Below are positions 9,553 to 18,657 of a stretch of DNA of 64,000 nt, one piece after another. The stretch lies in the IMG/VR virus record IMGVR_UViG_3300049988_000245, positions 192,001-256,000 of that record; one strand, written 5' to 3'. Within the stretch, counting starts at the first letter, position 1, and each line of letters starts with the position of its first letter. Below the pieces are notes generated by a model. It was given only the letters and a program-made list of their open reading frames with translations, was not told where the DNA came from and searched no databases. The translations under genes were made by a program, and so were the position numbers. Origin of the DNA: a virus. Its lineage: Duplodnaviria; Caudoviricetes.

Positions 9553-10776
9553 TTAGAGTCGCAGGAGGTTTGCCACAACATCTGAGATATCGCGGCCTAC
9601 GCGTTGGAACTCAACCGGATTTCCATATTCATCGAACACCGCATGGTCGATCCAGTCGCAAAGCTGATCGCCAATCTGTATCTGGATGCGGCTGGATGGT
9701 TGGGCTACGCTGAGCGCTTCCGTGTTGTTGATGAACACCTCGGATTCGACCGACGTCATGAGGGCGCGAATGTCTCGGTTGAGCAGTTCCGAACGGCACA
9801 TGCTGTAGTGCTTGGCGAAGGATGAGTTCGTGAACGTGATCCGATAGTTCAAATCGAAGCAGCAGATCATGTCCACGCCATTGTCGCGCCGTGCTGCTGC
9901 CTGCTCGGCCGATCGATTCATCTCACTGGTGTCCTTGATCGTCACCAGACGGGCGGGGCGTCCTGCCCAGATGATACGGGTTCCGGTGAAGATCACCGAG
10001 ATGTGGTCGCCGTTGTTGTGCAGCCCCTGGGCGACGAAATGCGTATGGTCGTCGTTCGCCTCGACACGCTCAGCCTCGGAGACATCGAAGAGAATCGCGA
10101 CGGGGCGATTCATAATCTCTTCCGCATCATAGCCGAATAGCCGGGTCACCGCAGGATTCGCAGCAACGATCCGATCGTTCTGCTCGATCAGGATTCCATC
10201 GAACGATGCGTCGAACGCCGACTTGTATCCGCGATTGGCTTTCGAAGATTCCGAAAGGCCGACGATCGGCTCCATATTGCGGATGATCACCAGCATGGAG
10301 GATGACCCGTTGGACCAATCCAGCCGGGTGATCGAGGGTTCGATCCAGAACAAGGCTCCGTTCGGCCGTAGGCCCCTCAGAGGCTTGGGAGAGGTCGGGA
10401 GCCACGCGGAGCTTTCCTCGGCCATCCCCCACAGGGTGGAGGCGTCTGGAACCGCATCCGCACCATGCTGGAACAGATCGCAGACGTTAAGCCCGTTGAT
10501 GTCGGCCCGGCCGAACATCCGTCCTGCTGCGGGATTATACGACTGAACAGTTCCGTCCATCTCGGTCAGGAACAGCGCGTCGTTCATGATCCGCGCGGTA
10601 TGCTCAAACTGACGGATCGAATCATCGAGACGCGCTTTGAGGCAGATCGTTAGGTCTTGTGCCGCGTTGGCAGTCTCGGTAGCCGCCATCAGTAGAGAAT
10701 TTTGACTTACCGACATCAAGGCTTCGAGGTGGTCGTCGCGCTTCTGGCGTGTTTTCCGACTACCCCAACCGAACAT
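9553..10776 (-). CDS. PAS-domain protein (three PAS domains, no output domain)
   Basis: 407 aa; three repeats of D.I...D..G.I...N.A...FGY...E..G..V..L with C-terminal RD/KD motifs; ORF ends right after PAS3. Confidence 0.85.
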   Translation of the reverse strand: MFGWGSRKTRQKRDDHLEALMSVSQNSLLMAATETANAAQDLTICLKARLDDSIRQFEHTARIMNDALFLTEMDGTVQSYNPAAGRMFGRADINGLNVCDLFQHGADAVPDASTLWGMAEESSAWLPTSPKPLRGLRPNGALFWIEPSITRLDWSNGSSSMLVIIRNMEPIVGLSESSKANRGYKSAFDASFDGILIEQNDRIVAANPAVTRLFGYDAEEIMNRPVAILFDVSEAERVEANDDHTHFVAQGLHNNGDHISVIFTGTRIIWAGRPARLVTIKDTSEMNRSAEQAAARRDNGVDMICCFDLNYRITFTNSSFAKHYSMCRSELLNRDIRALMTSVESEVFINNTEALSVAQPSSRIQIQIGDQLCDWIDHAVFDEYGNPVEFQRVGRDISDVVANLLRL

Positions 10777-11021
10777 CAAAATACATCCTTGTACACAGAA
10801 CCGCGTCGAATCTTATTTATCGCACTTGCAGTACAATTGAACCGTTTACAAATTGTAGATGCAGCTTCTAGACTTGCGCGAATCTCACGAACTTGGTCGT
10901 CGGTAAGTCGTCGAAGCGTTGGGCGAATGTCGTTTTTGACCAGTGTTTTTAGAAGAACCGAGATACGTATTTCCAGTCTCGATATGAACGATCCGATATA
11001 TTCCAGAGTAATCCAAAACAA
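10776..11021 (-). CDS. small HTH protein resembling the C-terminal DNA-binding module of HNH homing endonucleases
   Basis: RRLTDDQVREIR...ICKRFNCTASAINKIRRG..YK; AT-rich; TGATG coupling to PAS gene; start uncertain. Confidence 0.55.
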   Translation of the reverse strand: MFWITLEYIGSFISRLEIRISVLLKTLVKNDIRPTLRRLTDDQVREIRASLEAASTICKRFNCTASAINKIRRGSVYKDVF

Positions 11022-11114
11022 AAGCCCTGTAAAATCGAGCTAACGATCTTACAGAGCTTTACAAAGTAATTAAATATTTTTATCGTAGTTAGTACTAATC
11101 TCCATTAAAACCAA

Positions 11115-11378
11115 TTACAACTTTGAACGTATCTCAATTAGGACTAATTTCAGCGAAGTCAAAGCTTCGCCGAGCGTCTTATTGCCGGTGTAATAGTCAT
11201 CAACGATGCGCTCGATTTTCTCATCCTTGCGCTCGACTTCCTTGAGGATTCGGCGGCGGTCGAGGATGAGAAGGCCGATGATAAGGCAGAGGATGGCGAT
11301 CATCGCCTGAGGTCCACCACCGAGAAGCGCGCCGATCAACTTTTCAAAAATAGATTCCAAGGTCGGGGCTCCAGCCAA
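11115..11378 (-). CDS. single-TM membrane protein with coiled-coil tail (holin-like candidate)
   Basis: 87 aa; hydrophobic AMIAILCLIIGLLIL then RRR and a heptad pattern; late promoter upstream. Confidence 0.7.
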   Translation of the reverse strand: MAGAPTLESIFEKLIGALLGGGPQAMIAILCLIIGLLILDRRRILKEVERKDEKIERIVDDYYTGNKTLGEALTSLKLVLIEIRSKL

Positions 11379-11394
11379 TATTATGGGACTGGAG

Positions 11395-11401
11395 TATTTA
11401 T
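11395..11401 (-). promoter_or_regulatory. T4-like late promoter core
   Basis: ATAAATA on minus strand upstream of 11378. Confidence 0.6.
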
Positions 11402-11464
11402 GCCCTGACCTTGGATTTGTTGAGTGCGTACTTTGCTGGCACTTACGTCGAAATCATCGCGGGA

Positions 11465-11836
11465 CTAGAGCCCGGAAGCCCATCGGAACTTGAAGAACAC
11501 TGCCATATCCTCGTCTGCGAAGGAGAATTTCAGCCCCTTCACATCTCGGGTGACACGGACTCCGAGGTCGGTCCATTCGTAGCGCCCGAAGATCGAGTAC
11601 TTTGCCTTGGCGTGTTCTTCGAGCCATTCCCGAATCTCGAACATGACGTCCGAATCTGGAACCTTGATGAGAACGCTGTGCTGGCAGAGATCGGGTCCAA
11701 CTATGTGCGAGACGAGCGCGGCCAGCGCTGGAAACGTCTCCCCGCCCTTCTTCTTCGTGTGAACAGTACCGTTCATCAGGTGGGACCATCGAAGTTTTAT
11801 GTCCGAGATTCCACCATGCGCAACTGCTGCGGCCAT
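11465..11836 (-). CDS. 'FKLRW' paralogue family protein with N-terminal extension
   Basis: ATG 11836 with AAGGA RBS; REWLEEHAK...FSFADEDMAVFFKFRWASGL. Confidence 0.7.
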   Translation of the reverse strand: MAAAVAHGGISDIKLRWSHLMNGTVHTKKKGGETFPALAALVSHIVGPDLCQHSVLIKVPDSDVMFEIREWLEEHAKAKYSIFGRYEWTDLGVRVTRDVKGLKFSFADEDMAVFFKFRWASGL

Positions 11837-11971
11837 CGTTCCTTTCCCGGTGTGCCCCCACACGTCCAAAAGATTTTGGAGCCGCAATTTTAGGTCAACC
11901 GAAAGGAAAATGCCACCCGTAAAAATACGGATTGCGCACCAAAATAGGACATTCTGGTGGGACCGTATAGT

Positions 11972-12691
11972 TTAGATACGAACCACGAGTGCTGAATCAC
12001 TGTCGGTGTGCTGCACAACGTACGCACGATCCATCATGTTTACGCTCCAACCTTGACCGAGTAGCACAGCAATGTTTTGGCCAGCAGCAATGTCGTCCAT
12101 GGACATCGAAATAGCTGCTTCGTTTAGACCTTGCTGAGACATTAATTCGTTTAATTCGCCGAAGCCAACGAACTCGAATTTATGCACTTCGTGACCACCA
12201 CCCAGGGTTAGTACGCCTCGGCTAAGAGACGCAGAAGTGAGATCGCTTGGGTATAGGAAGGTAAGAACTGCCTCTGAGAGGTTGTCCTCCTCGGGGTCGA
12301 TCACTGCTTTACGAACTTCTTCCTCTGAGAACGGAACCAGATCATCATGGCCACGCAGATGCATTTTCCAGTTATCGATGTTCGCCAGCGGAGCGACTTC
12401 TTCTAATAGAGCGGTCACATTTTCTGGGAGCATGTTGTTCTTGAGAAGTTCGATGAACACCATGTAGTAGCCCTGCGCGTCCGGAGCGGGAGAAATCTCC
12501 GTATCGATCAATTCCACGGCGGAGCGTTGAAGGAATCGATTCAGGTCTTCGGCCGCGCCATGTTCGGCGACGTAGAAGGCGATGACGATCGCCTCGTCAT
12601 CAATTTTTGATTCGTACTCGTCCACGGAAATCAATGGAAGAATCAGGTCTTCGAGGTCGCCCCCTCGCATGCCTTCGTACAGATTAGCCAT
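11972..12691 (-). CDS. conserved jumbo-phage hypothetical protein
   Basis: ATG 12691 with GGAGG RBS; DLEDLILPLISVDEYESKI..AIVIAFYV...DLNRFL motif recalled from Rak2-like phages. Confidence 0.75.
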   Translation of the reverse strand: MANLYEGMRGGDLEDLILPLISVDEYESKIDDEAIVIAFYVAEHGAAEDLNRFLQRSAVELIDTEISPAPDAQGYYMVFIELLKNNMLPENVTALLEEVAPLANIDNWKMHLRGHDDLVPFSEEEVRKAVIDPEEDNLSEAVLTFLYPSDLTSASLSRGVLTLGGGHEVHKFEFVGFGELNELMSQQGLNEAAISMSMDDIAAGQNIAVLLGQGWSVNMMDRAYVVQHTDSDSALVVRI

Positions 12692-13277
12692 TCGGAACAC
12701 CTCCCTTAGCCGGAGGCGCGGCCGGTGCCGCTGGAGGGGTGGCCATCGGGTCCCCGCCTGGAGGCTGGTCCATCGGATCGCCGCCCGGATTATTAGGATC
12801 GCCCTGGCTTTCTTCATCGTAGCCAGACTCGTCGTTCATGCCGCCGTCCTGAGCGTCCTGAACGTCTTCCACGTCCACTTCTTCGTCGTAAAAGTCCAAC
12901 TGACCGGCATTGAGTTCAGAAATCAGACGGCGAGGAATCGAGATTCGAACGAGCCAGACCTTCTTGCCCTCTGCATCTACCTCGGCCTCGTCCAAATCTT
13001 TTGTCTCGCCCTTGGGGTCCTCGTGGGCCTTGGAAAAATCCACGCGAACGCCGTGCTTGAGCAAGCGAAGTCCTGCGCGGGGGTCGGGCATCTTCTTGTG
13101 ATCGTACTTGATCGTCATATCGAGCCAATATCGGCGGACCTTAGGTCCCTCGACGATCTCACCGTCAATCCAGTTCTTGAACACGTATACGTCGAGTGAA
13201 TCTAGAACATCTTCCATCTGAATAAGAAGATCGAGCAGATGTGGAGAATCTTCAAGTTTTTCGATATCAGCAGGCAT
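12684..13277 (-). CDS. conserved jumbo-phage hypothetical protein with acidic/Pro-rich tail
   Basis: 197 aa; LDSLDVYVFKNWIDGEIVEGP..RYW...MPDPRAGLRL; late promoter upstream. Confidence 0.78.
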   Translation of the reverse strand: MPADIEKLEDSPHLLDLLIQMEDVLDSLDVYVFKNWIDGEIVEGPKVRRYWLDMTIKYDHKKMPDPRAGLRLLKHGVRVDFSKAHEDPKGETKDLDEAEVDAEGKKVWLVRISIPRRLISELNAGQLDFYDEEVDVEDVQDAQDGGMNDESGYDEESQGDPNNPGGDPMDQPPGGDPMATPPAAPAAPPAKGGVPNG

Positions 13278-13305
13278 GGATTCACATCAGGTTGAATTAC
13301 CTGAG

Positions 13306-13312
13306 TATTTAG
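13306..13312 (-). promoter_or_regulatory. T4-like late promoter core
   Basis: CTAAATA on minus strand upstream of ATG 13277. Confidence 0.55.
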
Positions 13313-13331
13313 TTAGATGTGAATGGACAAT

Positions 13332-13363
13332 AAAAAACGCAGCACCCTGGAAGGTGCTGCGTT
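13332..13363 (-). terminator. Rho-independent terminator
   Basis: AACGCAGCACC/GGTGCTGCGTT stem, 6-nt loop, T-tract on minus strand, downstream of 13389 stop. Confidence 0.8.
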
Positions 13364-13388
13364 AGATAGATTCGTGTGGGATTGTGTA

Positions 13389-14114
13389 TCAGTGGGCGTT
13401 TTGACCGAACGCACGCTCGCGCTGGCGGCGGAAGATCGATGAGTCTGTCTTCGTCGGTGTTACCACGACGTTCTGCATGACCGGCTTGGTTGCCACCATC
13501 GCACGGGGCTTGCGGGTTTTCTGGAGGGGAAGCGGATTCTCAGCGAAGTGTTGGAACAGCCTGTCGATAATGCTGCTGGCTTCTCGGGCCGCAGCAAAAG
13601 CACGCTGTGGCGTTTCGCATGAAATTCCCGAAACAGTGCTTTCTAGCATCTGAAGGGTTGAGCGAATCTGCTCGGATGCAGGAAGAGGCTCTTGGATCGG
13701 GTTTGCGTTGTTCTCGTGGAGATTCAGTTCTTCCACGACGGTGGATTGGGCGGGAATGGTCTCGCGTGGCCAAATCCGGATGTGGGCTTCCCAACGCTCT
13801 GGGGCATATCCCTTGCCCGCGTGGGGAACTGCTTCCATCCAGCCGCCGGTTCGACGCTGGAGAATGTAATAGGGATTTCCGAGAGGGTTCGTGAGGAGAC
13901 TGAGGAGGTGTCCGGCTTGACTGCCTTCGATTGTTGCCTCGGCCCCGCCTCGGCGCTTATCCGTGATTTCGACAACGTCGGAATCATCCCCTCCGATTTT
14001 GTGCACCGGCTTGAAGAAAACAGCGTTGCCTTCGACCTTGATCCGGATACCCACGGCGTCTTCCCCGAGGAAGAACATCTTCACCGCTGGCTTATTGAAG
14101 GTCATCTTAAACAT
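13389..14114 (-). CDS. hypothetical protein
   Basis: 241 aa followed by terminator. Confidence 0.65.
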   Translation of the reverse strand: MFKMTFNKPAVKMFFLGEDAVGIRIKVEGNAVFFKPVHKIGGDDSDVVEITDKRRGGAEATIEGSQAGHLLSLLTNPLGNPYYILQRRTGGWMEAVPHAGKGYAPERWEAHIRIWPRETIPAQSTVVEELNLHENNANPIQEPLPASEQIRSTLQMLESTVSGISCETPQRAFAAAREASSIIDRLFQHFAENPLPLQKTRKPRAMVATKPVMQNVVVTPTKTDSSIFRRQRERAFGQNAH

Positions 14115-14431
14115 GGACTCAGGTACCTTTCAGGTGCGCCCCTAGTTGGTTCGGGGTCGCTTTTCCCTGCTGCAATTTCGTCCATATATGACAAATAATC
14201 GCAATGCAAGCCGATTCCATTTTTTGGTTTACCGAATCTTAAAAATTGTGTCGAGGCGGCTCGCCAAACCCTTGAAAGACCACACAAACTTTGAACGAAT
14301 TTCGTATTATCATGCCATTTTTATTCCCAAACCGCCGTATTTCAGGTTTTAATTCCGAAAGTATTTCATCACATTCGTCAGTAATCGAAGCCCAAAACGG
14401 AAGACACAAAAGGCTTCGGTTGACCATGCGG

Positions 14432-15028
14432 TTAGTTTCCCCCACTGTACCCAAGAGGCCAGCTACCAGTGAAATCATAGGTGGCAATCTCAGGAATCGA
14501 GCTTAGATTGGCCACAGTAGCCTTGTGGTACCACGATGCCTTGTAAATCATGTTGGCCCAGATGCAGCTACACTGGTAGAACTGTGTGAAGCTTGCGTTG
14601 TCGTAGGGTATATCCGTGTTGTTTTGGGCGCGGAACGAGAATCCTGATGGAAGAATATATCCGGTTCCGATAAGAGTCATGATTCCAGTCATATTCGACC
14701 GAGATACGACATCAGAATCGTAATATACTCCGTTGTATAGCCAGCCACCATTCAACTTAGCGTCTCGGTACGTGTTGATGAAGTCTTGCTTGATTCGGAT
14801 CGCGGATGTCACATTAGCCCCCATATAGGGAAGCCACTTATCCACGTCGGCGCGTTCGGATTCGCTTTTTAACGATAGAGTATCGTCGGCATTGAGAGTC
14901 CAATAACAAGAAGGGAATCCCTCGACCTGGGAAAGATCAGGATTGATCAGCCATTCGGCAGGATCAAAATCAGGCGTATTAGCACTTTCGTGATATTCAA
15001 AAGTATTTTTATTTAAAACGCGGGCCAT
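14432..15028 (-). CDS. tail-fibre assembly chaperone-like protein (DUF4376-like)
   Basis: ATG 15028 with AAGGA RBS; RDAKLNGG..YNGVYYDSD..SR.N..G...FRAQNN pattern; last gene of fibre cluster. Confidence 0.65.
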   Translation of the reverse strand: MARVLNKNTFEYHESANTPDFDPAEWLINPDLSQVEGFPSCYWTLNADDTLSLKSESERADVDKWLPYMGANVTSAIRIKQDFINTYRDAKLNGGWLYNGVYYDSDVVSRSNMTGIMTLIGTGYILPSGFSFRAQNNTDIPYDNASFTQFYQCSCIWANMIYKASWYHKATVANLSSIPEIATYDFTGSWPLGYSGGN

Positions 15029-15039
15029 TTTATAATCCT

Positions 15040-15750
15040 TCAAACACTTCGACGTAGTCTGGCTAGAGCATCTCCAAATTTTGGACCAGCAACAATATTT
15101 GTTGCGTTGAATTTGAACGGGCCAACATCAAGTACGCTAGCGCTTGCAGCTAGAGTAGTTGTTCTCGATCCCTCATACATTCCTAAGTTTATAATCAACC
15201 CGAATGTTGCGCAGTCTGCTCCACGTGTAACATATTGGGTCTGAATCTCGTTCGACGACAAAGCACGATTGTAGAGACGAACATCTTCCATCATGCCGTC
15301 AAAAAATTCTGTTGCCGTGGAATTGTTGTAGTCCGCGCCGATCGACATCGGTACGGTACCGGTTAGAACCGCTGCGGTTCTTGCGAAAGTACCCACAACC
15401 GCACCGTTCACGTACACGCGCATATTGGAGCCATCCCAGCTACCCGCGATGTGTGTCCACGTGTTGATTGGCACGCTTCCTCCTGCCACGGTATCGACCG
15501 AGTACGTGGTACCGCCGAGTCCATTAGAGACACCTTTACCCACCATGAGGCGGCAATTGCTCTGATAAACGTCGAGACCGTACACCTCGGTTGCCGTTGA
15601 GGCCGAAGCTACGCGGCTCATGACCCGTTGCATCGTTGCGGTGCTCGATGGATTCACCCAGGCGCAGATGGTCCCGGTTGAGACCACCATAGAGGCGTTG
15701 TAAGGGATTCGTAGATATTGGGACGAGGCACGGGTGAAGAGCAGGGCCAT
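15040..15750 (-). CDS. LamG/concanavalin A-like lectin-fold virion protein
   Basis: TICAWVNP, WTHIAGSWDG..MRVYVNG, FDGMMEDVRLYNRALS..EI motifs. Confidence 0.85.
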   Translation of the reverse strand: MALLFTRASSQYLRIPYNASMVVSTGTICAWVNPSSTATMQRVMSRVASASTATEVYGLDVYQSNCRLMVGKGVSNGLGGTTYSVDTVAGGSVPINTWTHIAGSWDGSNMRVYVNGAVVGTFARTAAVLTGTVPMSIGADYNNSTATEFFDGMMEDVRLYNRALSSNEIQTQYVTRGADCATFGLIINLGMYEGSRTTTLAASASVLDVGPFKFNATNIVAGPKFGDALARLRRSV

Positions 15751-16421
15751 TACGCGAACTCAGCCCCGAGTTCGACCAGATAGAAATCGCCAGAAGAGGT
15801 GTCTGCGGTCGCGCTGCCCTGACGTGTCAATTCGATCTGAGCGAGCGTACCCGTGCTCAAGTTAAGCGAGCTAAGATTGAATGTTTGCGAAAAATACTGA
15901 TAATTCGTGTTCGCAGGAATCGTTAGCGTATTCATCGTGGTGATCGTCCAAGCACCAATAGCAGAGTTATTGGGGACCGTTCTTGTGTGGAGGCGCAAGA
16001 CCACGCCACCTGATGAGGAGGTAGACGCGCCTCGACCCTTCAAGCGGATTGTGATGGTCGAAATCGACGATGGAATTGACATGGCCATGCCAACACCTTC
16101 TTCTGCGGTGTCGTCGAATGCACGAACCGTCAAGGAGGTATTGGTGGGATCGGTGGTTGCCGGAGCAAGACCATTGACGGACCAGTCCGACGTCACGGGG
16201 TTGTCGAACTGATCCGCATAGAATAAACGTGTACGAGGAACAAAGTTCGGAATCTGCCACGCACCGAATTGATACATCTCAAACGTGGACAGGTCGGTGT
16301 TGTAGCGCATCATTCCAGCAACCGGCGATGAGGGTCGCTGAGCCGTCGTGCCCGCCGCAAGCTGAAGGTAACCAGTCGAGTACTGCGTGATGTTACCTGA
16401 GTTCTGATTACCTTCTCTCAT
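15750..16421 (-). CDS. tail-fibre-like structural protein
   Basis: ATG 16421 with AAGGAG RBS; GTTAQRP...GMMRYNT motif; Ser/Thr/Gly-rich. Confidence 0.75.
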   Translation of the reverse strand: MREGNQNSGNITQYSTGYLQLAAGTTAQRPSSPVAGMMRYNTDLSTFEMYQFGAWQIPNFVPRTRLFYADQFDNPVTSDWSVNGLAPATTDPTNTSLTVRAFDDTAEEGVGMAMSIPSSISTITIRLKGRGASTSSSGGVVLRLHTRTVPNNSAIGAWTITTMNTLTIPANTNYQYFSQTFNLSSLNLSTGTLAQIELTRQGSATADTSSGDFYLVELGAEFA

Positions 16422-16429
16422 TTTGCTCC

Positions 16430-17230
16430 TTAGCCGACAGCAATAATGTTCCAAGTACCCGTGAGGGTACCAAATGAAGTAAGATCGATCGTGCTTACTG
16501 TGGTGCTTGTAGCAGTGATATCATCCGGCTGAATCACCTTATTGTTATTGTCGTAAATCGTGATATCGACAAACTGCTGACCAAGGCCGTGCGTGAACGT
16601 GAGCAGGCCAGACGACAAGGTCGCGCTGGTAAACGTCGTGCGCGCTGCCTTCGTAAACCCGGTTACAGCGGCGGAAATCTGCGCGATCGTTGCGCGAACG
16701 TTGTTCGTGCCGTTGTAGACGAGCACCTGATCGGTCGAGGAAACCGAACCAGCGGCGTTCAGACCGGCAACCGACAGTCCGACGACCGGAGACGCCGTAA
16801 CGCCATCACCGTTCGTCAGCGAGATACCCTGCTGGCCTGCTACGGTGGATGCGGTGAACGAGATCGTCTTGTATGTGGCCGCTCCTGAGCGAACGACGAG
16901 ACCAGTGGTGGACAGCGCGTTGATCGAGGCAAGCTCACCCGCCAGGGCAATGTTGATCGTGCCCGAACCCGTGACAGTGGGGTTGCTCACGGATAGTCCG
17001 GTAGATGTCGTCGCCAGGGTAACGCTGGAGACCGTACCGTCGCCAAGTCCGACCGGAAGCCATGCCGGAGTCGAGCCCGAGGTGGCTTCAAATCGATTTG
17101 TGTCCGTGTTGAAGCGCAGCATACCGGCCACGGCTGTCGGACGTTGGGCAGCGGTGCCCTTTGCAATCTGGAATGAGCCCGTGCTGGTCTGAACCGCACT
17201 GCCCGCAATGATAAGTGAACCAACCTGCAT
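16430..17230 (-). CDS. tail-fibre-like structural protein
   Basis: 266 aa; GTAAQRP..AGMLRFNT, GTVSSVTL, C-terminal FTHGLG..V.ITIYDNN domain. Confidence 0.78.
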   Translation of the reverse strand: MQVGSLIIAGSAVQTSTGSFQIAKGTAAQRPTAVAGMLRFNTDTNRFEATSGSTPAWLPVGLGDGTVSSVTLATTSTGLSVSNPTVTGSGTINIALAGELASINALSTTGLVVRSGAATYKTISFTASTVAGQQGISLTNGDGVTASPVVGLSVAGLNAAGSVSSTDQVLVYNGTNNVRATIAQISAAVTGFTKAARTTFTSATLSSGLLTFTHGLGQQFVDITIYDNNNKVIQPDDITATSTTVSTIDLTSFGTLTGTWNIIAVG

Positions 17231-17268
17231 CGAATCGTACTCCTAAGTCAGAGCCACAAGGCTCTAAT

Positions 17269-17514
17269 TTATTTACCGACTACGATGGTCCAGTTCCCAA
17301 CGATGTTTCCAAATGAATTAATGACCAAGTAGATACTATTGCTATCGAGTGATAGAATTCCATCAGGCATAACGAACTCTCGGTCGTTATTGTATATAAT
17401 TACAACCGGAAAATCTTCGTTCAGGTTGTGCTGGATTGTCAACGCCCCACCGTTCAGATCGGAAGAAGTAATACTTCTACGGTATGTTGTCTTGACGGTT
17501 GGGAAATAAGACAT
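17269..17514 (-). CDS. small fibre-tip-like protein paralogous to the C-terminus of 16430..17230
   Basis: LTIQHNLNEDFPVVIIYNND..V.PD...G.W.I vs LTFTHGLGQQFVDITIYDNN..I.PD...GTWNI. Confidence 0.7.
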   Translation of the reverse strand: MSYFPTVKTTYRRSITSSDLNGGALTIQHNLNEDFPVVIIYNNDREFVMPDGILSLDSNSIYLVINSFGNIVGNWTIVVGK

Positions 17515-17551
17515 GCTGCACTCCAGTTAGATATATCGTCTTTGTCTTACT

Positions 17552-18031
17552 TCAGATCACGTGCCACTCAACCCCGTATACCAGGGTTACGGACGAACGA
17601 GCGACTTCAAGGACCATCGACGAATTACCATCGATGGTCTGCCCTGAACCTGCCTGAATAGTGATCGGGGTGCTTGAACTAGCGGCGGCGATCTCATCCT
17701 TAATGATATACTTCTTCCCAAAAGTTCCTTGGGGAAGCTGTACCACGCATGGAGCTTGGCGTAGGCCAAGGTAAAAATCAGAATCCAGCGCATTGTAGTT
17801 GGATGCTGATACAGGTGTACGATGGAAAACTTCACCGGTCAGATCAACCCAATTCGATACACGGAATTGGTATAGCGTGGGAGTCTGTCCGACCTGAACA
17901 TACAGGTCGCCGTTCAAACCGATTTGGTTTGAAATGTTTGGATTCGACTTGCCTTGGAAGATGGTCGGACCACGCTTCCCGATGCTGAAGTTATCAGCCA
18001 TTGTCCCAGCAATGTTTGAACGCACCGTCAT
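17552..18031 (-). CDS. tail-fibre-associated protein
   Basis: ATG 18031; NGDLYVQ, VVQLP..GKKYIIKD...ITIQ..GQTIDG pattern. Confidence 0.65.
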   Translation of the reverse strand: MTVRSNIAGTMADNFSIGKRGPTIFQGKSNPNISNQIGLNGDLYVQVGQTPTLYQFRVSNWVDLTGEVFHRTPVSASNYNALDSDFYLGLRQAPCVVQLPQGTFGKKYIIKDEIAAASSSTPITIQAGSGQTIDGNSSMVLEVARSSVTLVYGVEWHVI

Positions 18032-18057
18032 TCTCAAAGTCCCATGAAAATCTGTAG

Positions 18058-18064
18058 TATTTAA
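18058..18064 (-). promoter_or_regulatory. T4-like late promoter core
   Basis: TTAAATA on minus strand upstream of fibre cluster. Confidence 0.45.
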
Positions 18065-18117
18065 TATTTGATTGTTTGGTAATAAGAAAGGCTACAACCA
18101 TTTATTCAAGTAACTGT

Positions 18118-18546
18118 TTATTTTTGTTCCGTCTCATTGACAATATCGACGATATTCTTCCGCCCAGGAGCAATACCCCCGAATCGAGCGCCCAGGTAAA
18201 GAATCGTCCGGGTGAACACTCCTGTGCCACAGACGATCATCGCTTCCTTGAAGATCGCATCCGCCTGTTTGCGGGTCGGCGCTTGTGGATGAGGCTTGCC
18301 GATATTCAAACGGTGACACAATAGGTCATGGATCACGGCAGCGCGAGAATAGCTTCCCCAAGCAGGGAACATGGCCCATAGAAGTTGTGGAACGCTAGCC
18401 CCATCTGTCTGAAATCCAGCAGGCACGGTGATGTACTGTCCCGAACCCTTATCACCAACTTCATAGGTGAAGTCCTGTTCGATTCTCCACACACGCCAGT
18501 TCAGTGCAACTTCGGTGATTGTCAATTGTGCGGTAAAAGAACTCAT
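18118..18546 (-). CDS. DUF1353-family protein
   Basis: ITVPAGFQTDGASVP...AAVIHDLLC...RKQADAIF.EAM signature. Confidence 0.85.
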   Translation of the reverse strand: MSSFTAQLTITEVALNWRVWRIEQDFTYEVGDKGSGQYITVPAGFQTDGASVPQLLWAMFPAWGSYSRAAVIHDLLCHRLNIGKPHPQAPTRKQADAIFKEAMIVCGTGVFTRTILYLGARFGGIAPGRKNIVDIVNETEQK

Positions 18547-18632
18547 AATATCTCCATTTGGGCAACTTGATTAACCGACAAGATACTCGCTCGATCACGT
18601 CTACGTCATTAAAAAACAGACTTAAACACGCG

Positions 18633-18640
18633 TATAAATA
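18633..18640 (+). promoter_or_regulatory. T4 late promoter consensus TATAAATA
   Basis: exact TATAAATA before GGGAG RBS and ATG 18658. Confidence 0.75.
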
Positions 18641-18657
18641 GACCTAGGGAGATTCAT

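Noticed and set aside
14115-14431. Structured ncRNA or replication origin in the 317-bp AT-rich gap
   Set aside because: No convincing long stems, iterons or DnaA-box cluster seen by eye; only the short palindrome reported above.
18608-18625. Possible CtrA box (TTAA...TTAA)
   Set aside because: Spacing is 9 nt, not the canonical 7; I found no convincing TTAA-N7-TTAA in the intergenic regions I read.
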